Position numbers and translations under genes: made by a program. Shown here piece after piece: positions 13,585 through 27,078 of a stretch of DNA of 64,000 nt; positions within the stretch are counted from its first letter, which is position 1, and each line of letters opens with the position of its first letter. The notes under the pieces were generated by a model, which saw only the letters and a list, made by a program, of their open reading frames with translations, was not told the DNA's origin and searched no databases. The DNA is from Octopus vulgaris. Its lineage: Eukaryota. The DNA is taken from NCBI GenBank assembly GCA_951406725.2, contig OX597816.1, positions 77,314,001-77,378,000 on the forward strand, written 5' to 3'.

Positions 13585-13800
13585 AATTGGTTTCAAACTT
13601 TCACACAAGGCAAGAAACTTCGTGGGGATGGGTAGGTCGATGTAATTAACCCCAGTACTCAACTATTACTTATTTTATCGACCCCGAAAAAATGGAAGTT
13701 AAAGTCGACCTCGGTGGAATTTGAACTTAGAATACAAAGACGGACGAAATTCCGCTCAGCATTTTGCCTGGCGTGTTCACGATTCAACCAGCTCGTGCCT
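13585..13800 (-). mobile_element. tRNA-derived SINE family B
   Basis: Reverse complement of the 29596-29829 element. Confidence 0.75.
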
Positions 13801-15249
13801 ATTACCCCGAAAATATTAACCGCTAATTCCGCTCTCCAGAATAGCATAATCAGTCTCGTGGGGTTTATTTTAAGTGGCCTTTATAATTAAAAAAAATGTT
13901 AATGAGTTTGCTGGGCAACAATGTCTAGTTTTAATTCTCATTTACCTGGTTATGACGTGCGACATATTCAAGACAAATATTTGCTATATTTTCCCAAATA
14001 GTGTAGTGTAGAAATTGTCCCGATATCGATACCTGGTCGTAACATACCGTTTCAGGTATATAGTGATTTTTCTGAACATTCTAAAACTTTTTGAAAACCT
14101 GTTTTGGTTTAACTTTCGTGAGAATGGGTCATTAGCCTCATTATTGCCATCTGCAAGAGAATGTTTTCGAGATACTCCCCTCACCTTGATTTGAAATGAA
14201 AGAAAATGACAATAACTAACATAGACGAATACATTAAGGCCGATAGATCAAAAGAATATTGATGGAACCCGAAAATGAAGTCAGCAAATAAATTAAAACT
14301 TAACCGGCCTAATAATATTATTTGGTGTCCCAATTTTCTAATGTTGCGTTTTGAAGTCAGTTTCCCACATTTCGTTGATGAGAACAAGATATATAAACCA
14401 CTGATGAACAATATGAAAATCTAGTACCCCAAATACGCTGTCATCAGTTTTATTACTATAATTACATCAGCAAGAGGTTACGCACCAATACGCATGGTTT
14501 AAAAGATATCTCAGAACTTGGAAACACAGAGAAAAATTGTAGCTTCATAATTCATACACTACAGATGATCACCATATCGGGAACAATAACATTCTGTAAG
14601 TTTTTTTTTTTCAAGGAAAGAATGGTTACGCAAAGAATGACGTAAAGAACAGAACATTTTCCCCTTCAATTTTCTTTTACTATAATCTCGCCACCAAAGA
14701 GGAAATTGGTGCCATTATACAGCCGTAGGAAAGCTACAGAAAGCATGAGTATATTCTTTTAATCTATGGGAAGCATGACTGGCATAACTAATTGCCTTTC
14801 TTTGGACAAATCCTGGAGCCAAGAATAAAACACCTATTTGGTAGAAAATGATAGGCCTATTGCATATTTAAATATTTTATGTAAACTTTTCATAAGTTAA
14901 TTTCAAACAATATATGTAAGACCATTGCGAGTTGAAGAAAGTAACTATAAAGCAGGCAAATGGAAAGATGATAGTGTGAAAATACGCCGAATTACATTTT
15001 AATTTATAAAACTGTTCAATCTAATGTGTTAAAAAACAAAACTTCGTTGATATCTTGTGACAGTATGGACTGATTAGAAAAACCACATTTGACCGCGTTC
15101 CCTAGTTGCGGTTGCTAAATTAATTCCATATTTGTTGAACTTAAATTTTGTTATAGGTGCTGCCGTTGAAAAGATAACAAAAATTTGATCAGACATTTTG
15201 ATGTGCCAGTTAGAAAACCAGCCTACTTTTGACTGGATTTAGTTTATAT

Positions 15250-15465
15250 TGATTTCAAATTTTGGTACAAGGCCATCAATTTCGTGGGAAGGGGTAAGTC
15301 TATTACACCAACCCAAGTGTTCAACTAGTACTTATTTTATCAACCTCGAAAGGATGAAAGGCAAAGTCGTCCCCGACAGCATTTGAACTCAGAACGAAAA
15401 GTCGGAAGAAATGCTGCTAAACATTTTGTCCGGCGCGGTAAGGATTCTGCCAACTCGCCGCCTTG
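15250..15465 (-). mobile_element. tRNA-derived SINE family B
   Basis: Reverse complement of the family B head and GTCGACTTTGCCTTTCATCCTTTCG core. Confidence 0.8.
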
Positions 15466-15574
15466 GGATTCAGTTTATATCAAAACCTGCAAGATACTAA
15501 CATCAACTGATAAATTCTCATGGAAATTGAAATAATGAAATATTAACAGAGACAACTAAAAAAGAGAGAGAGAG

Positions 15575-15651
<77 letters not shown>

Positions 15652-16483
15652 GAGATTAGGCCTAAGATCAGGCCAGGTAGCCCTCGAATATCGTATGGTA
15701 TCACTCAGGCAAAACCTGCTAAACAGCAGTAAAAACTAAATAGCCAAAAGGTAAAAGAGCAACATCTTACGAGTTATCATGCAACGTAAGAACTGCTAAA
15801 CGAAAGAGAAGCATTCTAGAAGAAATATACTGCGTACCAACAAAAGATAGTGCGTGACTCGATAAAACAAAATATCAACCAAGTACAGGAATCAGTCGAT
15901 TGGTATTTTTCTGTTGTTTCCCAGAATATTTCAACCTACAACCGAGTACCCCGACCCGTATAAACCTTCCTTTGAAGATGAGTGAACCGACCATTCTTAG
16001 CTTTGGAAAATATTGTGTCCGATACAAGCTGGCAGAAGAACCACCTTAAACATAGTGTTCCGGTTATGTATCTAAGGCAAATCAGTATGAAAGGAACCAC
16101 CAACATCATTGTAAAAGTTACAAATACAAAAGGGATTGGTGGTTTATTGCCAACTTAATGTGGCAGTCTCAGGAAAGGGAAGAATGCTACTGCTATTTAG
16201 CCCCAGGAAAAGAAATTGTACTTAATTCCACAATTTTACGGTGATGTGTGAATTTCTTTCGGGAATTTCAATTCTGCTTTATACATTATTTTCAGAAAGA
16301 CAAAAGTGGTTTCTTTGGAGCGTTATTTTATGACTTATGGCATTCTGTTATGAAAAGCGTTTTCCTCGGATACAAACCTCATGGAAATGTATTATGTCCC
16401 CATTGATATGAGCTTCAAATACTACCCGTGTGTATGTGTGTGTGAGAGAAAGAGAGAGAGAGTACGTGCGTGTGGGGAGGTGC

Positions 16484-16738
16484 ATGCATACATGCACGCG
16501 TGCGTGCGTGCATGCGTGCGTAAGTGCATGCGTGCGTAAGTGCATGCGTGCGTGTATGCATGCGTGCGTAAGTGCATGCGTGCGTGCATGCATGCGTGCG
16601 TGCATGCATGCGTGCGTGCATGCGTGCGTGCGTGCATGCATGCGTGCGTGCATGCATGCGTGCGTGCATGCATGCGTGCGTGCATGCGTGCGTAAGTGCA
16701 TGCGTGCGTAAGTGCATGCGTGAGTGCGTGCATGCGTG
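16484..16738. repeat. Compound (TGCG)/(TGCA) tetranucleotide repeat
   Basis: Interleaved TGCG, CATG and TAAG units; almost entirely alternating purine-pyrimidine. Confidence 0.9.
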
Positions 16739-17349
16739 TCTGTATGAATGTATCTAAGACCGTGATTGATCAAAACGTATATCAGTTTATAGCTTCGTCG
16801 AAACTATGGGGAGATACACAAACACTTAACTATGAGTGCATTGCATCTTATCGCAGAAACAGCTGTAAGCTAATGAACATCATTACATAATTCCGTATTC
16901 ATTTTTTTTTTATATATATAATTTCTCACTACGCTCTGTAATCGACAAACGCAGTTCTCTGAAGCCTATGTATATTGAGGTCTAAATCCAGGTTATTAGT
17001 ACCGCTTGCATAAGCGAAATATTAATCTCACACACATACATGCACACGCACATACGATAGTGCATGTGACAGGATGATGTCAGTTTGACATGGTGTTGTA
17101 ATTAGAATTTTGTTATTCATTTCTACGGTGAAAAATAAAATACATGAAGAGATACCCAAACAGGTTTGATAGGCTAAATGGCCAAATTGACCACAGATAA
17201 AATTGACTTCAGCTGATAATTGCACGTTAGTAATCAACGAAAAGGTTGCTTCCGTATGTAGCCGGCATCACCATATATCAATATATGTGTATGTATGTGT
17301 GTATCTATGTGTGTGTGAGTGCGTTTAAATATATATGTATATATACATA

Positions 17350-17399
<50 letters not shown>

Positions 17400-17688
17400 C
17401 ATATATATGTGTGTGTGCGTATGTATATATATATATATATATATGCATAGCATATAGACAAGCATATAGGTATGTATATATATGCGTAAATATTATATAT
17501 AAAGATGAATGCATACTAATAGTTAGAAGTGCAACTTTTGCTACAATGGGTCAAAGTCCAAATTAATTATTTGTGCATATTATGTATACGTGTGTGTGTG
17601 TGTGTGTGTGTGTGTTTGCGCGTATGCGTGAGAGACAGACAGACAGAGTGCGTGTTTGACCGTGTAGGTGAATGTGTGTGTGTGAGAG

Positions 17689-17723
<35 letters not shown>

Positions 17724-17838
17724 GTATATATATATATGTGTGTGTGTGTATATATATATATGCATACATATGCATATATATGCATATATATACGGGTATG
17801 TATATATATGTATGTATGCAGAGATGAATGGATAAAAT

Positions 17839-17890
<52 letters not shown>

Positions 17891-18418
17891 CATCCATCCA
17901 TTCATTCGTTCATTCGTAGCTGACGTTTCTCGTTTCTCTCTCATTTATGCATATACATATGCATTAACTATGGAACTAATGGGGTTGGGTCAAATTTGAT
18001 TTCGTCAATTAATCTACAATTGAATGTTCAAATAATCACCGGACATCCGTTTGATGATCGTCCACCTCTGACGTAAACACGTGTTTTCGTGATACTGAAG
18101 TATGTTACTCTGTGAGAAAAGCACTCACCGGAAAACGAATACACAATAGGTAGATAATTGAGGTGTTACGAGTTGATGACTGGTATGTTTTCGAACCATC
18201 TCACACTAACTTACTGACTTTCTGACTTATCTTTTCTGCGTACAGTACATTTCACTTTCCTGACTAATTTCGTGTTCTTTTCGTCTTCTTTTTTGTTCCT
18301 TTTTTAAAATTTTTTCTCATTCGTTCGTTGATTTTGTATGTATGAGTTATGTATAGATAAAAACGTATGTATCTATGTATGCATAATTGTAAGTGTTTGT
18401 GTATGTATGTGTACATGT

Positions 18419-18483
<65 letters not shown>

Positions 18484-18549
18484 TGGCGGTCTACCTATCT
18501 GTCTAGCAATCTGTCAACCTATCTATCCTTCTAGACAGACGGACGGACG

Positions 18550-18589
<40 letters not shown>

Positions 18590-18594
18590 TATAT

Positions 18595-18657
<63 letters not shown>

Positions 18658-19836
18658 TAAACGTACATATATGTGTACATGGCTATACTAATATAACAAA
18701 TGTTTTTGTGCTGATTACATGTACGTATACGTGTGTATATACACATATACATAAATGGATATATACATACATATATATTTGTGTATATATATACACACAT
18801 GTATATATTCTTATTTAAATACATGCATTAAAATATACATGTTTATTTATATGCTTTTGTGCTCGCGCGCAATAAAGATCATCACTGTTATTTCTGATCC
18901 AGGTGAATTACGATATAGTGACAGCCAGCCATTTGCAATAAAATGTATTTTGTCCCTAAAAAGAATGATCGCTATTAGAGATATAGTTTATGCTATATGA
19001 TCATAGTACGGTTGCCTGGAGATATCATCAGAGATTGTCAGGTCTAGCATTTGTAGTAACTTTGAAGATTTTAGTTGCGTAATGTTCAAGAGTTCAGTGT
19101 TTCTTATACTGCGATTGCATCTTTGTTTAATAAGACAGGATTGATACGATGTCTTATCGATTTCCAGTCATATCTTGCATGAAGATCTTGTGCCACTACA
19201 GGTGAAATTTCGGAGGACCAAGAGAGTGACTCCACCAAAATAATATATATTATTAATCTCTACTAAGTTATTTATGACACTTGTTTTCTGACAGTTAACA
19301 CGAAACGGATATATATCTCTCTCGCCCTTCACTACTTGTTTTCTCTCTCACTCCGCTCCCTTTTTCCCATTTCTTCTTTCAATCATTTTGCTTGACGGCT
19401 GACCTGTTCAGTCATGTTTCCCTCGGGCTCTCACTTTCTCATTTACTTTCAGCACTAGGTTCATCTTTTTTTTCCGTCTTTTGTTTTTTCTTTCTATCTT
19501 TCCCTCTCTCTGCTCTCCTTTCCAAGTCCTATAGGACATCATTTTCCATTAGCGTTACTTTTACACACGTCTTGACTTAATGCTGCCTCATAGCCGTAAA
19601 GCCTTTATTTTGTATGTATATTTATATTTTCTACAACTGTCCTCTACGTGCGTTTATTTATTTGAAGAAGCTTGTTTCTGCTGACGCCACCAAAATGAAC
19701 GTGGAATTGTTATGACTTTTGGATAACTTATGTGAAAAGACCGCCTTGTGTGTGAATTTTCCGTGAGCTCCTTTGGCGTCCTTCTGTGGAATTTTTTAAT
19801 CGTGTGTGTGTATATACATACATACATACAAAAATA

Positions 19837-20122
19837 CCCTGTGGTTGATGTTGAAATTCCAATAAAGGAGCCTTGGTTCAAGGTTAGAAACCGGCTCTTT
19901 TTCTATTGGCAAGAAATCTTGAAATAAAACTGAACAATGAAATACGTACACACACATGCATGCATACATACATACATACATACATACATACATACATACA
20001 TACATACATACATACATACCCTGTTGTTGATGTTGAAATTCCAATAAAGGAGCCATGGGTCTAGGTTAGAAACCGACTCTTTCTCTATTGGCAAGAAATC
20101 TTGAATTATAACTAAACAGTGA
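19837..20122. repeat. Tandem pair of an about 103-bp unit separated by (TACA)n
   Basis: CCCTGTkGTTGATGTTGAAATTCCAATAAAGGAGCC...GGCAAGAAATCTTGAA at 19837-19940 and 20019-20122. Confidence 0.9.
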
Positions 20123-20630
20123 CATACATACATACATACATACATACATACATACATACATACATACATACATACATACATACATACGCAAATACAGGCA
20201 GAGATACGAAATAACAACAAGGATAACATCATGAAAGACACCGTAAAAATAGTTGTACTTATTAGTTTGACGCTTGATGAGAAATTAAGAAAATAGAGAA
20301 GCACGTTGGACGTGTCAGATGTAAGCTCTTCTTCACCGAGATCAGTGCGGTTGATGTTCATCTTGGGATTCCATAAATCAATGTCTGCGGGGGGAGGGAG
20401 CCACATTGCCCGTGAGGAAATTACAGAGAGTTACATTTCTGATAAGAAAAGACTAGATTAAATCTTTTATGCAAGGTTTCGAAGGTGTGATACAGTAAAG
20501 AATAATTGGACAGAAGACGTTGCTGCTGCTGCTGCTGTTGTTGTGGTGGTGGTTGTTGTTATTGTTGTTTGGTCTCTGTTCAGCCATGATTAGGTAGACT
20601 CATGATCAAAGTTAATCCAGACCTTAACAT

Positions 20631-20907
20631 AGGCGCAGGAGTGGCTATGTTGTAAGTAGCTTACATACCAACCACATGGTTCCGGGTTCATTCCCACTGC
20701 GTGGCACCTTGGGCAAGTGTCTTCTACTATAGCCTCGGGCCGACCAAAGCCGATGCTGGTGTGTTTACGACCCTGTAATTAGCGGTTCGGCAAAAGAGAC
20801 CGATAGAATAAGTACTAGGTTTCCTGGGGTCGATTTGCTCGACTAAAGGCGGTGCTTCAGCATGACCGCAGTCAAATGACTGAAACAAGTAAAAGAGTAA
20901 AGAGAGT
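20631..20907 (+). mobile_element. tRNA-derived SINE family A, best copy with internal deletion
   Basis: AGGCGCAGGAGTGGCT head, GGTTCATTCCC B-box-like motif, CORE-like ACCTTGGGCAAGT, AAAAGAGTAAAAGAG tail; many related copies in the window. Confidence 0.85.
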
Positions 20908-21292
20908 ATTCCGTATTTTAATTAGACTTTGTACCTTCGTCTGCAATGTTTAATTCTCCCATAATTCTACACATATTGGGAAAGGATTTGAGGAAGATGT
21001 TAGTCTAGCAGATCAAGCGACTACGTAGGTCCTCACTCGTTAGCTGAAGCGAAGGTCATATGTAGATAATAGTCCATATGAGAAGAGGCTGTCAGAACAT
21101 CTGCGAGCCACTTGGAGCGTTGTAATGAATGAACTTTGGTCACAGTTTACCAGATGATATTTTGGTTGTCGCTTAGGCTATTTGTGTATGTATCTGGGAT
21201 ATCATTCTGATTTGTGAGCAGTACTCTAATGACAGCTGAGTGTATGCTTGTATATGAGTTTGTATGTGCGTGTTTATACACACAAACAAACA

Positions 21293-21507
21293 CGAGGGGT
21301 GCTGAAAAGTTCTTAGCTTTAAGGGTACCGCGAAAAGCCTGGTTCGAGGCCCAACCATCCGAGTTCTTTTACAAGGTTTATAAAAACTGAAGGACCGCTG
21401 CAATAGGTGTGTGAAACTCAGAGGGGAACATGTTCTATAAAACCATAAAGGACTGATCCTTCTGTATTTTCTTTTATCCAAAGCCAGTAACTTTTCAGCA
21501 CCTCCTC
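21293..21507. mobile_element. Mariner-type MITE
   Basis: TIRs CGAGGGGTGCTGAAAAGTT / AACTTTTCAGCACCTCCTC; second copy in opposite orientation at 42292-42495. Confidence 0.85.
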
Positions 21508-21527
21508 TCTCATTCTTTCTTTCTCTC

Positions 21528-21593
<66 letters not shown>

Positions 21594-22371
21594 TATATAC
21601 GTGTGTGTGTGCGTGACACCGTGTGTTAACCAATCAGGTGAGACAGCTTCGCCCCGTAAGTAATCGGGAACGATAGTTATTGATATTTCGCTGTATTTTG
21701 CAGCTCCTCAACACCGCATACTCGAGTCACCTCGGAACGAATTGCTAGTCAGTGGTATATATTCAAGTAGTTGCTGATGTGCAACGGCGCCGCACAGGGT
21801 AAACAAAATTAAGTCAGGAATTATAAGCATCTCTAATAATGCAAATATTATTGATACCACATACTGTATATATTTGTTTGAGGTATTTGGTGTTTTTCAA
21901 CACTCGGCATCTTCAAGGGACATTTTTTCCTTGGCGCTATCCTGCAACTAAGGAGTGCATAAACCTACTGGATCGACTGAATAATATTCGATCTTAAGGC
22001 CATTTCGGCATTATCATGTGGAGTTATGTTGATCGGACTTGCTATATAGGTAAACAGCTGCCTGTCTCACACCCTTACATCGTCTCTCCAACAAGTTTTT
22101 ATCATCCCTTTTCAGACACATCCAATGGTAGCTCTCTCGACCGCTGACTGGATTTCTTTCATGATGGCGCTTGTTTGACAATGATTGACACCCATTGATA
22201 GCAGCCACCGTTTCAGACTGGTTCCAATGAAATTTCTACATCCTTATTTAGCCTCAAATCATACATGGACAAATTCATTTTTTTGTTAGAAGTATTTTCT
22301 CCTTAACCATCCCGTTTTGAGAGGTGGGGTGGGGGGTTCCGGGTATGAAGTACCAAGAATTACACAAATTA

Positions 22372-22372
22372 C

Positions 22373-22435
<63 letters not shown>

Positions 22436-22441
22436 TACTAC

Positions 22442-22510
<69 letters not shown>
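22372..22510. repeat. (ATT)n microsatellite at the 3' flank of the LINE
   Basis: Trinucleotide run abutting the LINE 3' end. Confidence 0.95.
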
Positions 22511-22512
<2 letters not shown>

Positions 22513-23201
22513 GTTTGAGTTTTGCTTTATATTTGTACAGTCTCACCCAGAGACCTCAAGAGACAACAGGTTGGAAGTTCATGTTGTTGTTATGCCTAGT
22601 GTGCCATATGTTTGGGGGGGAGTTTTGGGTGTTGTACTAATGAATGTCTAAAAATAAAAAAAATTAAAAAAACAATTTTTTCTTTTTTTTTTCTTCCTCT
22701 TTTTTTTTAAACCGAAAATTATGTTTGTTTTAAACCTTGAGATTACATAGAAAGTATTTTGCGTAGGATATGAGCAGTTCCCATGAGCACTATCTTTTGA
22801 ATTTCTGCCATTTTGGGGTTTCCTGGTATCTGAGTTAGGTAGCTATCAGCCCCTTTTGCTATCATTCCCAGGGCACCTATGACAACAGGTATTGTTTTAG
22901 TCTTCAGGTTCCACATTTTGCTGATTTCTATTTCAAGATCTTTATATTTGCTCAGTTTTTGGTAGGTCTTGACAGATACGTTTATATCGATTGGGACAGT
23001 CATATCAATGAGGAGGCATGTTCTTTGTTTGAAGTCTTTCAATATGATGTCTGGCCTATTTGCATCTATCTTTCTGTCAGTTTGAATGGCGAAGTTTCAG
23101 AGGAGTGAGATGTGGTCATTTTCAAGCACTGGGGGTGGTTTGTGTTCCCACCAGTTTTTTTCATGGGGCAGATCCAGGTTTTTGCAGATTACCCAGTGAA
23201 T
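22511..23201 (-). mobile_element. 5'-truncated R4/Dong-type LINE (restriction-like endonuclease domain plus 3' UTR)
   Basis: Translates HWVICK..WWEHKPPPVLEN..QTDRKIDANRPDIILKD..LIDMTVP..KLSKYKDL..PVVIGALG..GTAHILRKILSM* with one internal stop; (TAA)n on both flanks. Confidence 0.9.
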
Positions 23202-23202
23202 A

Positions 23203-23260
<58 letters not shown>

Positions 23261-23624
23261 TAACACGGGGTATACAGCAGAGAATGGGATTTGGGAGGTA
23301 TGTCGCTGTTATTTCTAGTAGGCCCAGTCACAACGCAGAGGCTCCCTTGTTGCTTCACATTTGTATGAATTTGTTGGTGATGTTTTGCTGCTGCATGCAT
23401 CAGCTCTGTTTGAGAAGATCTATCATTAAATACGTTCCGCCATTGATCAATCCCATCTTTTTTTATATCCAGGGTAATTATCCAGTCACGTTCCTTTTTT
23501 TTATTTTATTCAAAACAACAGAGTCGTATCACTCGAATCAGAATTCGTTGTTATTTCTAACAGGTCGACGTCCGCATACAGGTGTCCTTCATGGGTAATA
23601 GTAGCAGTAGTAGTAGGAGTGATA

Positions 23625-23680
23625 GTGGTGGTGGTGGTGGTGGTGGTGGTGGTGGTGGTGGTGGTGGTGGTGGTGGTGGT
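23625..23680. repeat. (GGT)n microsatellite
   Basis: About 18 GGT units. Confidence 0.95.
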
Positions 23681-26213
23681 TGCCATCGTCGACGTCAGTG
23701 TTGTTTTTTGTAAATTCTCCTTGTCATATTTTCTTTGTTCTTGTTTATTTATAATTTCGTTCGTTTATTTATATTATTTGTTTACTTTTTGACATTGTTT
23801 GCATGATTGCTTTCCTTTTTGTCGTTCTTGTTGCCGTTAAGATAGTCAGGTAGTTCAGAATTTTCACGGTGTGTCCTGTTATTAATTATTTTGTTTTTGT
23901 TTTTGCTTTTCGCTCGATGATTTCCTCGATAAATAATATTCAAATTGTACTATTTTTAGCTTTAATATAACTAAAATTATATACAGCAACAATAGCAACC
24001 AAACAACAACAGTGACAACAACAAAAGCAATAACAGTTGCAACAACAATAGCAACAATAACAACCACTACGACGATGGCCGTGGTAACCACGATGCCCAC
24101 TACGACGACGATGATAATGATGATGACAACGATGAGGAGGATTTAGATGCAAGGCCAGCAACTTAGAGGAGAAGGGATAAGTTGATTACATCGACCTGTC
24201 AATACTTGACTGCTGCAGAATTTTTTTACCTACGAAAGCAGAAAAGGCAAAACTGACCTCGGTCCATGGCTGCCCATCATCAGCAACAGCCTCCCGCGAT
24301 AACTCCGGAGTGTATGTCAGCATCAGATGAATTCTTGACAGCGGTACCTGTCGCACGACGGTCAGGTAGTTGTGCATCACAGAGGCGATGCAAGCGTTAA
24401 CGGCCTCCCTTTCAGAGACTACTTCCTCTCGGCTGAGTGAGACCACTCTGTTTGCAACCTCTTCCTTTACGCCTAGAGGTCCGACCATTAGAAGACACTG
24501 AAAATTTAACAAGGTTCTCCGACAGACATGGATTTTTCTTTCCGTTTGTCGATCTGCAAGTCAACTGATTTGTCTTAGTTTATATATGGCTCGCAGACAC
24601 CTGCTATTTGTTCAGTACGGAGCCGTCCAATTCTATGTCCGAGGAGTCCTGAACTATTTCGGTGTTGTCGATCGTAATTTGTATGATACTCTTCAAAATT
24701 TCAATCCTCCACAGTAATTACTCCAGCGCTAACACATACAGAAAAAAGGAGAAGGGGCATCTTTGATTCGGATCGCTTTGATCACCGAACAGATGCGGCT
24801 GTACATTGTAGCGATCCAGCCTTTAAATACGAGGCCGAAACCAGCTTCTCTTAGGGTAATCACTAGTTAGTGACGGTCAACTTTATTGAAAGCTTTGAAT
24901 GCACAAATTGACCAGTGCCTCATCGAAGCCAGATCAATTCCCGTCCCGCTCTATGATGTATTGCATGAGGTGGATGCTGCCGGCAAGCACCAATCTCTTG
25001 TTGAGACCTTTACCAAAGACTTCAACCCAGTATATAGTAGAGTTGTGGGTCAAAACTTGTCTGTTATATCCTTCATGCTTGAATCCTTTCGTAGTAATGT
25101 TATCATTTCCTCGTTCACACGGCTGGAAATGTTTCTAATCTATTGCCAGCGATAGTAGATAACTATCAAGATAATAGCAAACCAGCTAAGAGCTTGTAGG
25201 AGACCATTCGGTGACTTGCCTCTCGTATAGCGACTGAACACGTCCGCCGTCTACTGAAATCAGCTTTTTACAGCACTTTGATCGAGAGTTGTGATAGCTG
25301 GTCAAGTGGACACCGAAGTCTACTGTCTCTTTACTGACTTTATTGATTAGTGAGTATGTGTAAGGGTGAGACTGGTAGAGGGGTAGTGAGTAGATTTGCA
25401 GGTAATTTCCCTAGTGGGATTATGGAACTGGTTTTAAAGCAGGTAGCAAATATAGAGCTTATCCGCGGAACGCAGTTTTCAGAATCGTCTTGGTTGAGAA
25501 ATGGAGGCAATGAGAGTTGATATTATTGATGAGAGAAAAAGGATCAGCTGTTATTTGCGAAACAGGTAGAAAAACTTGTAGGCTATATCATATACCCACA
25601 AATATTTTACATTTTAGCTGATGCTCCTGCAGAAGTTACGGTATTGGATAAAAGCCATCCAGTTGCTAAGTGTAAATGAAATTTCTTAAAGTATTGTAAA
25701 TGTGTTCTTTACCTGGAGTACTGGATACGGTTACGAGTGACTGAAACTTTGAGTTTTGGGCTACGTGTAAAATATGGAAGGACATGCTAATAGGACAGCT
25801 TGGCCCATCTACCTATTTCTGATGGAAATTCGCTAAACTCTAATCTCCACTGTGTCTAGCACAGATGTTCTTACAAAGATTGAAAAATAGATAATCTGAT
25901 TTTTATAACGAACATGACATTGTACTAGGTCATCTTGTTGCATAGATGAAATTCTTTAAAAGAAATAAACCCTGCTTATGATTTATGGCTTGGTTTTTTT
26001 AATTTTTTTTTGTTGATGACTTTGCTCTTATTTGTGTTTTCATTATCACCAAATAAAACCTAATGAATATTATTTGTATTTATCTTGACATGTATGTGAT
26101 ATGTACCGTAGTATTAATAGAACATTTGGTTTGGATCGGATGGCCAATACTCAACTCAAGAGCTATATTTTCGCTTGTTCTCAAATTTCAGTTTATAAGT
26201 TTTTAACATAATA

Positions 26214-26261
<48 letters not shown>

Positions 26262-26843
26262 CTATCTATTTATCTCTTTCTTTCTCTTTCTCTCTATTTC
26301 TCTTTCTCTTTCCCTCTCACTCATACATACACACACAAATACACACGCACATACACACACTCATCCACTCACTCACGTCTATGAACTATGTGTTAGTCAC
26401 AATTTTCACTTGTGCCTTTGAATGAATTGTTATAGTCTATTTCTTAACAACAAAAGATGAACTGAATTGATAAATTCTTTATTACGGTCTTCGTAACAAG
26501 CGGTTTTTACGACCCAAATCATTGAACTGGCCTATTGGTGGCACTTCAAAAGTGTTTTGTTTTTTTTAATTACTCCTAGTTATAGTCCAAAACAATTTCT
26601 CGACGTTAGACAGGAAATAACGATTGTTACAACCACAAACCTACCATATGTGAATATCTATCAGATTGTGATCAACATTGCCCTTCATAACTTCAAAGCA
26701 AATAAACTGATGACCACTAACCCAATATAAAATTTCACCTGAGATTCAGGTATAAATCTACATAGATCCCTTACATTGATAAAAAGGCTGAAAGAATCGG
26801 TTGTAGTTAATCGAATATATTTTATCGAAACCGGAATTATAGT

Positions 26844-27078
26844 GGAGGCGCGTGACATAGTCGTTAGGGTGTCGGACTTATGATCGTAAGATTGTGGTTT
26901 TGATTCCTGGAACGTGGAACGCGTTGTGTTCTTGAGCAAAACACTTCATTTCATGTTGCTCCAATCCACTCAGCTGGCAAAAGTGAGTAATCCTACGACG
27001 AACTGGCGTCCCGTCCAGGTGGGAAATATATACGCCATGAAACAGGAAAACCGGCCTTTATGAGTCGACATGACTCGA
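26844..27078 (+). mobile_element. tRNA-derived SINE family C, tail type 3
   Basis: Same head and CTTGAGCAAAACACTT core as 2777 and 54241, followed by a distinct CTGGCGTCCCGTCCAGG segment. Confidence 0.75.

Noticed and set aside
12850-15200. Possible highly decayed Penelope ORF (NNIIWCP, NNMKI*YP)
   Set aside because: The motifs are too short and broken to support a feature call without a profile search.
21990-22260. Possible GIY-YIG tail relics (also at 34930-35030 and 42050-42215)
   Set aside because: Only vague resemblance to endonuclease C-terminal patterns; boundaries cannot be defined.
24270-25900. Higher-GC stretch with short ORFs, possibly old retroelement remnants
   Set aside because: No diagnostic motif recognised with confidence.
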